A stretch of 64,000 nt of DNA from Planctomycetota bacterium (GCA_003669585.1 QWOQ01000005.1:458502-522501); one strand, 5' to 3'; positions 39,401 through 47,428 are shown, counted from the first letter of the stretch. Numbers and translations are program-made. The notes: generated by a model from the letters alone, not told the origin.

Positions 39401-39740
39401 CGCGGCGAAGTGCAGACAGCGACTCCTTGAGCGAGAGCGTCTCAGGCAAGGCTGCGCATCGCTTTCGCAGACCACCGAGAAGGCGACGCTCTGTTTGCTC
39501 TGCGGTCGCTTCGATATAGACAATCAGCACATCCTCAGACAAGCGAGGCAATAATCCAGCCTTGACGAGCGATGACTTGCCGCATCCTGAAGGTCCATAC
39601 ATTAAGCCCACTGAAAATGGGTTATTCAGATATGTTTTTTCAATGCGTGACTTCCAGAATCGAACGCTTTCTGGAAGGCCACCACGATCACGAGGACCAG
39701 GTAGCAGTTCTAAAAAAAAAGTCGGCGTCGTGAGCATCAA
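36459..39740 (-). CDS. STAND-like P-loop NTPase / single TM / HEAT-like repeats / FGE-sulfatase (SUMF1-like) domain protein. This is probably the frameshifted 3' part of the upstream kinase gene.
   Basis: 1093-aa ORF. Walker A is GPSGCGKSSLVKAGLLPRL (aa 49-67) and Walker B is KLLIVLDQFEQW (aa 122-133). A TM helix GMAVALILIVIGLGSW lies at aa ~457-472. A helical repeat region follows (DPRKQLHSSLALLP...DQRLRAACALSVFA...). The C-terminal FGE-type domain carries YRLPTEVEWEYACRA, GNVYEWCQN, RVLRGGSF and GFRVAR (aa ~845-1090, nt 36471-37208). The only start candidates (TTG 39740, ATG 39737) lie inside the kinase ORF. Confidence 0.8.
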   Translation of the reverse strand: MMLTTPTFFLELLPGPRDRGGLPESVRFWKSRIEKTYLNNPFSVGLMYGPSGCGKSSLVKAGLLPRLSEDVLIVYIEATAEQTERRLLGGLRKRCAALPETLSLKESLSALRRGQYVPSGRKLLIVLDQFEQWLHARKEEHNTELVQVLRHCNGRNVQCIVMVRDDFWMAATRFMKDLEEKIVEGQNSSAVELFDTHHATKVLTAFGRAFGTISENAGEKTKEQKEFLQQAIRGLSQGGKVMSVRLALFAEIMKSRDWTPAVLKEVGGTEGVDITFLEETFSAPTAPPEHRYHQKAVRSVLRALLPESGTLIKGYMKTHDELLHASGYADQPKDFDDLIHILDSEIRLITPTDPDGVDEQNQKSERASDKKYYQLTHDFLVPSLRDWLTRKQKETHRGRAELLLEDRSGVWNARPENRQLPSLLQWFEIKWYTKKKSRTLPQRRMMRKARKYYAMRGMAVALILIVIGLGSWEVHGRLQSLQLRNRLQVSTIADVPGIITHMSPFRRWVDPLLHEDYAQSKNENDPRKQLHSSLALLPVDPAQVEYLYERLLQAEPEELDVIRKALFPHKAELIERLWKLLEKSENKEDQRLRAACALSVFALSDPRWEKVSGDVAAILVEQKSYMVLQWLDALLGGRDYLFPPLADMLMDEKRSVLKRSVVAMLYGKLAVDNPEAYVGLENRLTELTQKTEPDMSKNSRILLTKESAFIGTALLLMTQSEKVWLLFKHSPDPTLRSFLIDRCQPMGVDPKVFLARLQKEQDVSIKRAILLSLGEYDLRSLSADLRLNQLQLLLQLYRDDPDPGIHSAAEWLLSQWQMSEKTKAIDKELATGQIQEKRQWYLNRQGQTMVVITKPGEFLIGDNDSKRQVRIDWDFAIASKEVTVDQFSQFKKGFNVDKTYAPTGDCPIISVSWYDAVEYCNWLSEQEGLPKEQWCYEPNKDDLYTEGMTIPADCIHRTGYRLPTEVEWEYACRADAATDFSFGDSEEVLGKYGWIVSNADSQSHPVGTLKANDLGLFDMHGNVYEWCQNKYNPAVKVDQEDAETINDNDSRVLRGGSFNGLPHFVQCAYRDNLVAPTDKYLFNGFRVARTNLK

Positions 39741-40800
39741 ATGAACGCAAGCCTTTTGGAACCACCTTGATCGGCTGACTGTCGGAATACGACGACGATG
39801 TTGGAGTGAGATCGCTTGAGATGATCGGTTTTGCTTGCGATTGATTTTGAAGATGCCCTGAGGTGGAGGGATTCGTTGAAAGAGACAGTTCTTCCAAGAT
39901 TAGTCGCAGATCGTCAGCCAAGTCGTGCGCCGTTGAATAACGCTCAGAAGTTCGTTTGGAAATCGCTTTGAGACAGATGCGATCCAGTTCTTTTGGAATG
40001 AGTTCATTGAGTTGGCGAGGTGGCCTCGGTTCGAACGTGCAAATCAATTCAAAAAGTTCAGGTATTGATTTTGATTCAAATGGTTTGCGCCCGGTAAGCA
40101 ATTCATAGAGAACAACTCCCAGACTAAAAATGTCTGATCGAGCATCCACTCGATGTCCTTCGCCACGAGCCTGTTCTGGCGACATATAGGAAGGAGTTCC
40201 GACAAAACACGACTCCTTCGAAACGTTCTGCTCTCGAAGTGCCAAGCCAAAATCGGCCACGAAGGGTTGATTGTTTTTGTCAAGCAAAATATTTGCAGGC
40301 TTAATGTCTCGATGCACCAAACCTTGTTTGTGAGCATAATGAAGTGCCTCAGCCACAGTCGTCACCAATTCAACCGCGTCTCGAACAGTCAATGATGATT
40401 GATTGCTTTTTATAGCAAGGTTGATTCCGTCAATATATTTTGAAACGATGAAGCATGGATATCGTTCCGTCGAACCAACATCGTGTACGGGAACAATATG
40501 AGGATGATCAAGATTGGCAACCATGCGAGCTTCTGCCATATACGCTTTTGCTTGATCCGCGTGAGCGATCAATTCAAAATGCGGAACTTTGATTGCTACA
40601 GGACGCTGCAGCTGATCGTCATAGGCAAGATAGACAAGCCCGTATATTCCCTTATCCAAAACCTTGTCGATTCGATAGCGACCAATCTGCTTGGGATGTT
40701 CGAGGAATTCGCCGGAAGACAAGTCAAGAAGCATCTGGAGCGACGAGGCTCCTTCAGAATTATTTTTATTCTGAGAGGTTGTTGCGTCTGGATCGTTCAT
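39688..40800 (-). CDS. Hanks-type Ser/Thr protein kinase domain protein, truncated by the frameshift at 39712-39720
   Basis: 370 aa from the ATG at 40800; the track ORF extends to a TTG at 40890. Kinase motifs: VAIKVPH (VAIK), HRDIKPANILL (HRD), DFGLA (DFG), SYMSPEQ (APE-like) and DIFSLGVVLYELLTG. The ORF ends ...KGLRSFDAHDADFFFRTATWSS*. Confidence 0.88.
   Translation of the reverse strand: MNDPDATTSQNKNNSEGASSLQMLLDLSSGEFLEHPKQIGRYRIDKVLDKGIYGLVYLAYDDQLQRPVAIKVPHFELIAHADQAKAYMAEARMVANLDHPHIVPVHDVGSTERYPCFIVSKYIDGINLAIKSNQSSLTVRDAVELVTTVAEALHYAHKQGLVHRDIKPANILLDKNNQPFVADFGLALREQNVSKESCFVGTPSYMSPEQARGEGHRVDARSDIFSLGVVLYELLTGRKPFESKSIPELFELICTFEPRPPRQLNELIPKELDRICLKAISKRTSERYSTAHDLADDLRLILEELSLSTNPSTSGHLQNQSQAKPIISSDLTPTSSSYSDSQPIKVVPKGLRSFDAHDADFFFRTATWSS
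39712..39720 (-). other. T9 (A9 on the + strand) homopolymer at the frameshift junction between the kinase ORF and the NTPase ORF
   Basis: The kinase frame reads GAC TTT TTT TTT AGA (D F F F R), and a stop follows 7 codons later. The NTPase frame reads ACT TTT TTT TTA GAA CTG (T F F L E L). Deleting one T fuses ...DAHDADFF to LELLPGPRDRGGLPESVRFWK. Confidence 0.85.
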
Positions 40801-40953
40801 TGATCCGCTCCTATGAATGACGCAAAATTTTAAGTTGGGGTTTTCCAGCCCACAAGAAGGAGCCCTCTGCGGTTCCGGAGACACAGCCAAAGCGAAACCA
40901 CGAGCGGTCTTTCAGCCACAGCCTCTTTCGTTTTGGCTGCTTTTCAGTCTCTT

Positions 40954-41352
40954 TTAAAATTTCTTCTGACCAGATTTGCTCAAAACGCATGGTTTACCAT
41001 CCATCGAGAGTGTAAAAGGGATGCAATCCTGCGGTATTGATAGCGCCCGTACGCGTAGGTCAGCCATACCCAGCCATACGATCCGCTCTACCTGACGGGG
41101 CTCATCGTTCGGAACATGCTGTGTTCGTCGCTGCGTGTTCCGTGAGTGCCCCAACACATTGCATGTTCGGCGTTCGCTCAAGTGATCACGGCCGAGAGCA
41201 GTTCTTGTCTGCTCGACCGCGTATTGCCCCTTCGCCGGGCTCAGAACTTTCCCGAAGCGGCCTCCTGAAACGCCAGAGTCGAGTTCGACGTCGGCCAACC
41301 ACCGCTTGAGTCGGTTGTTCTTCTCGATATCCTTCAGCCGCTTGGCCGGGCT
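40954..41352 (-). mobile_element. Decayed IS3-family transposase remnant (OrfA C-terminus / OrfB N-terminus only; no DDE domain)
   Basis: The minus-strand frame reads AKRLKDIEKNNRLKRWLADVELD...LSPAKGQYAVEQTRTALGRDHLSERRTCNVLGHSRNTQRRTQHVPNDEPRQVERIV. This matches the IS3/IS407-group pattern (A)KRLKxLExENxxLKxLxADxxLD...LxPAxRRxxV...VSERRACRxxGxxRSxxRY...DDxxLRxRI. Upstream to ~41470, out-of-frame traces (DDATFR, EYGGL) and stops are visible. The catalytic domain is absent. Confidence 0.65.
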
Positions 41353-41475
41353 CTATCCTGAGGCCGCCGTACTCTATTCACAAGCACGTCTGCTCCGTCG
41401 TGATTGGTCTCCCCGAAATGTCGCATCGTCACGACCAACGCATCCAACGGCGCGGTGATAAAACATCATCCGCAA

Positions 41476-43188
41476 TCAGAAAATATCGCTTTGGCAATGA
41501 CCTACAAGGGCAACGGAGTCTATTTCTTTATCCTCTTCTTCATGGATTGAAATCTCATCGAGCTTTTGATGATACTCCGCGTTTGTCTTTGCTCTCTTTG
41601 GAACCTCGGCAGGGCGCACGTATTCGGGCACAATACCTTCTACAAATCCTGCCAGATCGAGATGAAATCCGGGATGCCGTAGTTTTTGCACAGCTTTGGC
41701 TTCAATCTGTCGAACCCGTTCACGCGTCACGCTGAAGATTGTGCCGACTTCCTCAAGCGTATAGCTATACCCGTCGGCCAGCCCGAACCGCAGCCGAAGG
41801 ATTTCCCGTTCACGATAACTCAGACCTTCGAGAACTCGGCCGATCGAACACTTTAAAGAGTCTTCGTGGATTGCCTTCAGTGGATCAATCTCGTGCTGAT
41901 CTCGAACGAGTTCTCCGATTCCTGATTCGTCGTTGTCACCCATTGGCTGATCGAGGGATATCGGTTGACGAGACATGCGCCACACGCACTCTGCTTCGGC
42001 CAGAGTGAGCCCAGCCAATTCTGCCATTTCCTCAACAATCGGTTCGCGTCCATGAGTTTGCACAAAATTTCTGGCGATCACTCGCATTTTTGACATCGTG
42101 TCGATCATGTGCACAGGTATGCGAATGGTCCGACTCTGATCAGCGATTGCACGCGTAATTGCCTGACGAATCCACCAAGTGGCATAGGTTGAAAACTTAA
42201 AGCCTCTGGCATGTTCAAACTTGTCCACGGCACGCATTAATCCGGAGTTTCCCTCCTGAATCAGATCGAGAAAACTCATGCCACGGTTTCGGTATCGTTT
42301 TGCGATCGATACAACCAGCCGCAGGTTCCCCGCGGCAAGTTCTCGTTTTGCGGCGTCGTATCGGTTTTGCATTCCGTCGAGTTGTTCGAGTCGTCTTCGA
42401 AGTATCGGCAAGCTCTCGCCAGCTGTTGCAAGAATTTTTCTCCGTTCACTGGAACGCTGTTTTTTAGTGCATCCAGTACAAGCAGTGTTCCGATCCGCAT
42501 CCGGTTCAAAGCGGTCGATCCGAAGAGCCATTTCACGCAAATCTTTGAGCATGGGATAGAGTCGCTGAATGCGAAGGTTCATCTCTTCCACCAGTCGCAC
42601 CGCTTTATTTCTCTGACGCACGAGCTTGTGCCATATTTCACGTCGCTGTTTCATCGGCATTTTTCTTGAGAGCGCAACCCGAAACAGATTGATATTTTCC
42701 TGTTCAATTCTTCGCAGGGTTTCGAGATTTGGTCCAAGCCTCCGCAGCAGACGTTTTTTTTCAGCGGTGTTCGTGACCGAAACCTCAATCGTGCGATCGA
42801 GTCGCACCGTTCCGGCTTGAACACGTCCCAAGAGCGCAATCGCCCCCGAGAGCACCCATTGGTTGGCTAAGAGCGTTCTGCGAAAGAGTCGGCGCCAGTG
42901 TTCAATCTTCTTCGACGAAGAGACTTCCGTTTGACGAGTCAGAAGCGGGATTCCTCCCATCTGAAGCAAATACAGTCTTACTGGATCGTCAATCGGGCCA
43001 TGATTGCTGTTTTTGTCCTTCTTCCGAAGAACACTGGCTGGCGAAACTTTTTTTGAAAAAAAGGATGATTTCGCTCCCTTGCCATTGGCCCCTGGTGCGT
43101 GCCCATTGCTTTGAACCGCTCCGAGTCTGATTGGCTCTATTTTATGAGGAGTTTTTTTCAATTGTAAGGACGCTGCGACTGACTGCAT
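41476..43188 (-). CDS. rpoD: RNA polymerase sigma-70 factor (RpoD/SigA-like, primary-type)
   Basis: 570-aa ORF. Region 2 is [56 protein letters not shown]. Region 3 and region 4.2 are present ([33 protein letters not shown]). About 60 aa follow the usual end of region 4.2. Confidence 0.9.
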   Translation of the reverse strand: MQSVAASLQLKKTPHKIEPIRLGAVQSNGHAPGANGKGAKSSFFSKKVSPASVLRKKDKNSNHGPIDDPVRLYLLQMGGIPLLTRQTEVSSSKKIEHWRRLFRRTLLANQWVLSGAIALLGRVQAGTVRLDRTIEVSVTNTAEKKRLLRRLGPNLETLRRIEQENINLFRVALSRKMPMKQRREIWHKLVRQRNKAVRLVEEMNLRIQRLYPMLKDLREMALRIDRFEPDADRNTACTGCTKKQRSSERRKILATAGESLPILRRRLEQLDGMQNRYDAAKRELAAGNLRLVVSIAKRYRNRGMSFLDLIQEGNSGLMRAVDKFEHARGFKFSTYATWWIRQAITRAIADQSRTIRIPVHMIDTMSKMRVIARNFVQTHGREPIVEEMAELAGLTLAEAECVWRMSRQPISLDQPMGDNDESGIGELVRDQHEIDPLKAIHEDSLKCSIGRVLEGLSYREREILRLRFGLADGYSYTLEEVGTIFSVTRERVRQIEAKAVQKLRHPGFHLDLAGFVEGIVPEYVRPAEVPKRAKTNAEYHQKLDEISIHEEEDKEIDSVALVGHCQSDIF

Positions 43189-43316
43189 GAGATAACTCCT
43201 TAAACACTTTCGTGAACTCCGTCAGGCAACAAAGAAGCGTGACGGACGACCTTGAAAGACTCTTGGCGACTGACGTTTCAAGGTGCAGTCCGAGTGCCGT
43301 CGCCAAAATACGGTCG

Positions 43317-43358
43317 AAAAAAAAGAATTCGACCCGATTTTAAGATCTAATCGGGTCG
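43317..43358 (-). terminator. Intrinsic-terminator-like hairpin + T8 on the minus strand, ~130-170 nt upstream of the rpoD start
   Basis: + strand: A8 (43317-43324), GAATT, then CGACCCGATT (43330-43339), TTAAGATCT, AATCGGGTCG (43349-43358). This is a perfect 10-bp stem with a 9-nt loop. On the minus strand it is followed by AATTC TTTTTTTT. Confidence 0.45.
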
Positions 43359-43629
43359 TACGATCTCGTTCTCTCGATCGCGTCGCCCAAAAGCGACAAA
43401 TTGAGGAAACGCCTGCGTTGCCGAAGGGGAACAGCGTCGATAAGAGGCACCGGTCTCGACAATATTCATTTCAAAACTGCTCTCGCAGTCTGCCGGGAGT
43501 GTCTGGGTATACTTCGTGTTTGAGTTGAATTCTCCCTTTGAATAAGCACGTGTCTGATTTTGATCTTTGCTCATTCATGTAGATCGGGACGTTCCGATCT
43601 ACGACTACCTCCTTTCGAGTTCATTCATC

Positions 43630-45222
43630 ATGGGAATGATCCCAATTGCGTTCTTGGTTATTTTTATTCTCGGAGCGATGGTCGCTCTGGGAATCGGACA
43701 CAAGGGCTGGAGTTACGGAACGATTGCCGCAGCATGGCTGCTGCTTCTGGCGAGCATCGGATTTATCGTGCTTGTCGCAATGGTTTCCAATCGTGAACGA
43801 CAGTGGCGTAAAATCGCCCGCGATTATGAACTTGCAATCGCAAAGGAACGCGATGCAATGGCTCCCAACTCTTCTGGAGTTCTCGAAACATTCGGAGAGG
43901 AAGGTACGACGGTATCAAAATCTCTTTCGGAACTTGATCTGCTGCGTACTCAGTGGCAGCGAATTGCTTCGAAAGTCAATTCCTGGAGAGGCCGGCACTG
44001 GGAGAAGGCAACCTTTGAACCGCCACGTGAATTGAATGATGGAACGATCACCATCACAGATTCGGAGAAACCTGCCATTGCTCCAGGTGCCATTCTTTAT
44101 CTTTTCGGCATTCAAGAAACGCAGGCACAGGGCGGAACGTTTCTGGGAGAATTTATCGTTCAAAAAGCGAATGAAAATATATTCGACATTTCTCCTACAT
44201 CCATTCCGAATGACAACGAGAAAAAGTCATGGGACGAGCCATACGAGTCAATCACCGTTTACGAAAATCTTCCATTCGATCGATGGCTCACGTACTACCG
44301 AACCAAAAATCTCGTGTCCCAAAAGGTTCCTCCTGAGGAAGGCACTCTTTCTCCAGACCGACTAAAAGAACTTGAGCAGCATGAGGAGTCGCTCGATCCA
44401 GTGCCCGCCGAGACACCTGGAGAAGAAGAGCCAGAGAATCCCTTAGCGACAGTGTCGCTCGATCCGCCGTTAGGAGTCCGATGGGCAACGGTCACGTTTC
44501 TTGAGCCATGCGCATACACCTGGCCCGACGGAAATCCGGCAAGCTTTGCTCAAGATGAAACTTTTAGCGCCTTTCCGGCTGAACATATAAAACACCTTCG
44601 CGACAGTGGTGCCAGCTTTAAGCACCAGTGGAATTATCCACCTGGGGTTCGCTGGGCGAAGGTTTTGTTCACCGCACCGAAGGTGATTGAACGAACGGAT
44701 GCCGCTGCCAAAGAGAACATGGAAGGAGGAGGAGAACCCTTTCAGTTTGAATCTGGAGCGGAGGCGTTTTTCGATATCGAGACGGCCGAAAAACTGGCTC
44801 AAGAGAATGTCGTTGAAATCAAAGAACGGATTTTTCGTCGACCGCTTGTCGATCCGTTCACAGAGCTTCGCGGAAATGAGAAATTTGGCGTTGAGGGAAT
44901 TCTGCTTTTGCGAAAAGGAATTGAAAATCTGATTGGTGGCACCGAGGCAACACGCGATGCTCTCAAGCAGGCAAACGCCTCGGCTCAAGAGGATATCCTC
45001 ACCCGGAAGGAAGAACGAGAGAAGCTCATGTCTGATAAATCTGGCTGGTCGACTGATGCTCAGACCGCCACAAAAATCGTTGAAAAGTTTCAGTCAAAAG
45101 TCATGGTTGCCGACAAAAATCTCGCCTCCTCGCTGAATGCAATTCAGGATCTGGATTCCGAATTTCGGACGATCTCCCAAACGCTTGAAATCGAAGTCGA
45201 CCGTCGATCGCCTTCGCCATAA
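43630..45222 (+). CDS. Hypothetical membrane-anchored protein with a coiled-coil C-terminus
   Basis: 530 aa from the ATG at 43630; the track ORF starts at a TTG at 43567. There are two N-terminal TM helices (MIPIAFLVIFILGAMVALGIG, AAAWLLLLASIGFIVLVAMV). An internal duplicated motif is present, PPLGVRWATVTFLEP (nt 44461-44505) and PPGVRWAKVLFTAP (44635-44679). The tail is helical. Confidence 0.6.
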   Translation: MGMIPIAFLVIFILGAMVALGIGHKGWSYGTIAAAWLLLLASIGFIVLVAMVSNRERQWRKIARDYELAIAKERDAMAPNSSGVLETFGEEGTTVSKSLSELDLLRTQWQRIASKVNSWRGRHWEKATFEPPRELNDGTITITDSEKPAIAPGAILYLFGIQETQAQGGTFLGEFIVQKANENIFDISPTSIPNDNEKKSWDEPYESITVYENLPFDRWLTYYRTKNLVSQKVPPEEGTLSPDRLKELEQHEESLDPVPAETPGEEEPENPLATVSLDPPLGVRWATVTFLEPCAYTWPDGNPASFAQDETFSAFPAEHIKHLRDSGASFKHQWNYPPGVRWAKVLFTAPKVIERTDAAAKENMEGGGEPFQFESGAEAFFDIETAEKLAQENVVEIKERIFRRPLVDPFTELRGNEKFGVEGILLLRKGIENLIGGTEATRDALKQANASAQEDILTRKEEREKLMSDKSGWSTDAQTATKIVEKFQSKVMVADKNLASSLNAIQDLDSEFRTISQTLEIEVDRRSPSP

Positions 45223-45353
45223 TGAAACGTTTTTTATTGTTTCACATACACGCCAAGCACGCTTTGTAAACAGTGAACCGCGTGCAAGACGCTGTCCACA
45301 TTGTGTTTGGAAGATACATCGTCAGTGTCTGTGTGGATTTGTGTGTGACTGAG

Positions 45354-45911
45354 TCAGTTCACGGTGGGTCCAAAAGGTGAACCCTCTATTCCCAGCATAC
45401 CCAAAAACCACTCGCCTCTCGCTCGCCTGATTGCAAGAGCCCAGAGCATCGGATCTCTTTCAAAGATGTCAGACGGTTCGGCTTTGGCGATCATCCACGA
45501 TCCCGATTTTATTTCTGACTCAAGCTGTCCAGGGCCCCATCCTGCAAACCCAACAAAAAATTGAGCTCGACCATTGCTCTGTGATGCCAGCATCTCCAAA
45601 CGATCTTTTTCTGATGTGAAATAGACACCTCCGAGAACTTCACGATCCGCCACCTCTGGTGATTCGTGCAGACACATCAGCGGTCCTTCCACGGGGCCCC
45701 CGGCGTGCACCGGTCGATCGATCACTGAAGTGGTCTCGCTGAGCTGCTCCCAGATGGTTTCCAATCCAACAGGAAGCATTCGATTCAGAACGACCCCAAA
45801 CGTGCCGTCATCGTCATGTTGAATGAGCAATACCACGGTTCTTGAAAAGTTTCTGTCATCGAGCGACTCTTTTGCAACGATGAGATGACTGGCCAAATGA
45901 TCGCTGTTCAC
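45354..45911 (-). CDS. YqgE/AlgH-family (UPF0301) protein
   Basis: 185-aa ORF. The segment LDDRNFSRTVVLLIQHDDDGTFGVVLNR...GGPV...FFVGFAGWGPGQLESEI is the characteristic YqgE/AlgH pattern. Confidence 0.85.
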   Translation of the reverse strand: MNSDHLASHLIVAKESLDDRNFSRTVVLLIQHDDDGTFGVVLNRMLPVGLETIWEQLSETTSVIDRPVHAGGPVEGPLMCLHESPEVADREVLGGVYFTSEKDRLEMLASQSNGRAQFFVGFAGWGPGQLESEIKSGSWMIAKAEPSDIFERDPMLWALAIRRARGEWFLGMLGIEGSPFGPTVN

Positions 45912-46150
45912 TGTCGCTACATCCTGTAAGTGATTCCTGCATGCTGGAGCAAAGGATTGTATAAACCATCTCCAAACAGTTGTTCAAAATGTCTTTCTCA
46001 TGATCAAATTCTGCAAAGTACGCTCTTTTCTAGGGAGTCTCTCGCACCATGCACAATAATCGCGATAGACTTCGCTTCGGAACCGTTGTCTAAAAGGTTC
46101 TGCCACTGACTTTTTTAATTTTTAACACCAACCCACTCCCCATCGTATCC

Positions 46151-47428
46151 ATGTCGACACTCACTGCTCGTTCAACTCCGCAGTCACACCTACACAAGGC
46201 CGTTCATCACCACAGTATTGCTACAAAGCGGGGCATACTTGAACGGATGTTTACGCTCTGGTTTCAGGGATTCGTCTACAACCAAATCTGGGAAGATCCC
46301 AGAGTAGATGCAGCCGCACTCAATCTGGGAAGCCATTCGAAACTGCTGACCATCTCCAGCGGTGGCTGCAACGTACTGAACTATCTCATCCACCAGCCAC
46401 AAAAAATTGTGGCCGTTGATCTCAACGCCAACCACATGTGCTTAACGCGACTCAAACTTGCGGCCATCAAGTACCTTCCTGACTATGAGTCGTTTTATAA
46501 TTTTTTCGGCTACGGCCAGCATCCCGACAATCTCAAAAACTACACGAAGTACATCCGACATCATCTCGATCCGCTCACGTTATCATTTTGGGAGTCGAGC
46601 GATTGGCCAGGAAAAAAGTTCGGTCCAAAGCGAATCGGTTATTTTCGAAAAGGTTTCTACGAGCAGGCTCGTCTCGGACAATTTTTTAGAGTAATCCATA
46701 CCCTCGCCAGAGTTACTCGCCGCGATCCATCGCGACTTCTTCACGCCAAGACGCTTGATGAACAGAAGCAGATTTTTGAATCGATGTACGAGCCTCTCTT
46801 TCGAAATGCTTTCGTCCGCTGGATGGGTAGACAACCCGTCGCTGTCTACAGCCTTGGTATTCCTCCGAGCCAGCATGCGGCAATGCTCGAAGAATCGGGA
46901 GGATGCGGTAGCAAGCTCTTCGATATGTACCTCGATCGTGTCAAAAGGCTTGCCTGCGGTTTTCCTCTTGATGACAATTATTTCACATGGCAAGCATTCG
47001 GACGTCGCTACGACCATCAAAATCGAAAAGCGATTCCGGATTATCTCAAGCCTGAAAATTTTGACGTGATACGCTCGGTGGTCGATCGAGTAGAGACGCA
47101 CGTCTCATCGCTTGGCGATTATCTTGGAAAAGAACCTCCTGGCGCACTCAACGGTTTTGTATTGCTCGATAGTCAGGATTGGATGCCACCACAGGTTATC
47201 GATGACCTGTGGACTGAAATTGCCCGCGTTGGATCGCATGATGCCAGAGTCATTTTCCGAACAGCAGGCGAACTTTCTCCTGTCGCAAATGCTCTTTCTC
47301 CAAAAAACAGCTCCCTCTTTTTTTATGATCAAGCCCGTTCGCTTGAGTTGCATCGGCAGGATCGTTCAGCGATCTACGGGATGTTTCATCTTTACACAAA
47401 GACCGAAGGTACGGCGGCCTCGACATGA
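46151..47428 (+). CDS. btaA: BtaA-like S-adenosylmethionine:diacylglycerol 3-amino-3-carboxypropyl transferase (DUF3419 family)
   Basis: 425-aa ORF. The segment YNQIWEDPRVDAAALNLGSHSKLLTISSGGCNVLNYLIHQPQKIVAVDLNANHMCLTRLKLAAIKYL matches the conserved BtaA/DUF3419 N-terminal block (xxQxWEDPxxDxxAL...SAGCNxLxYL...AVDLNxxQxxLLELK). Its stop overlaps the next gene's start (ATGA at 47425-47428). Confidence 0.8.
   Translation: MSTLTARSTPQSHLHKAVHHHSIATKRGILERMFTLWFQGFVYNQIWEDPRVDAAALNLGSHSKLLTISSGGCNVLNYLIHQPQKIVAVDLNANHMCLTRLKLAAIKYLPDYESFYNFFGYGQHPDNLKNYTKYIRHHLDPLTLSFWESSDWPGKKFGPKRIGYFRKGFYEQARLGQFFRVIHTLARVTRRDPSRLLHAKTLDEQKQIFESMYEPLFRNAFVRWMGRQPVAVYSLGIPPSQHAAMLEESGGCGSKLFDMYLDRVKRLACGFPLDDNYFTWQAFGRRYDHQNRKAIPDYLKPENFDVIRSVVDRVETHVSSLGDYLGKEPPGALNGFVLLDSQDWMPPQVIDDLWTEIARVGSHDARVIFRTAGELSPVANALSPKNSSLFFYDQARSLELHRQDRSAIYGMFHLYTKTEGTAAST

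Noticed and set aside
36459-41470. Compositional (GC) island around the kinase-STAND locus
   Set aside because: Spot counts of 60-nt lines range from ~38% to 55% GC, with no consistent shift relative to flanking genes. I cannot compute sliding-window GC or codon adaptation here, so no horizontal-transfer claim is made from composition.
45912-46150. Pho-box search upstream of btaA
   Set aside because: There are two CTGT motifs (CTGTCGCTACATCCTGTAAG), but they are spaced ~13 nt apart rather than 11 and match the rest of the consensus poorly. This is not supportable by eye.
46583-47101. 172-aa minus-strand ORF inside the btaA-like gene. Comparable antisense ORFs occur at 57048-57614, 44470-44988 and 61790-62314.
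   Set aside because: All are fully nested antisense to better-supported CDS, and their products are not protein-like.
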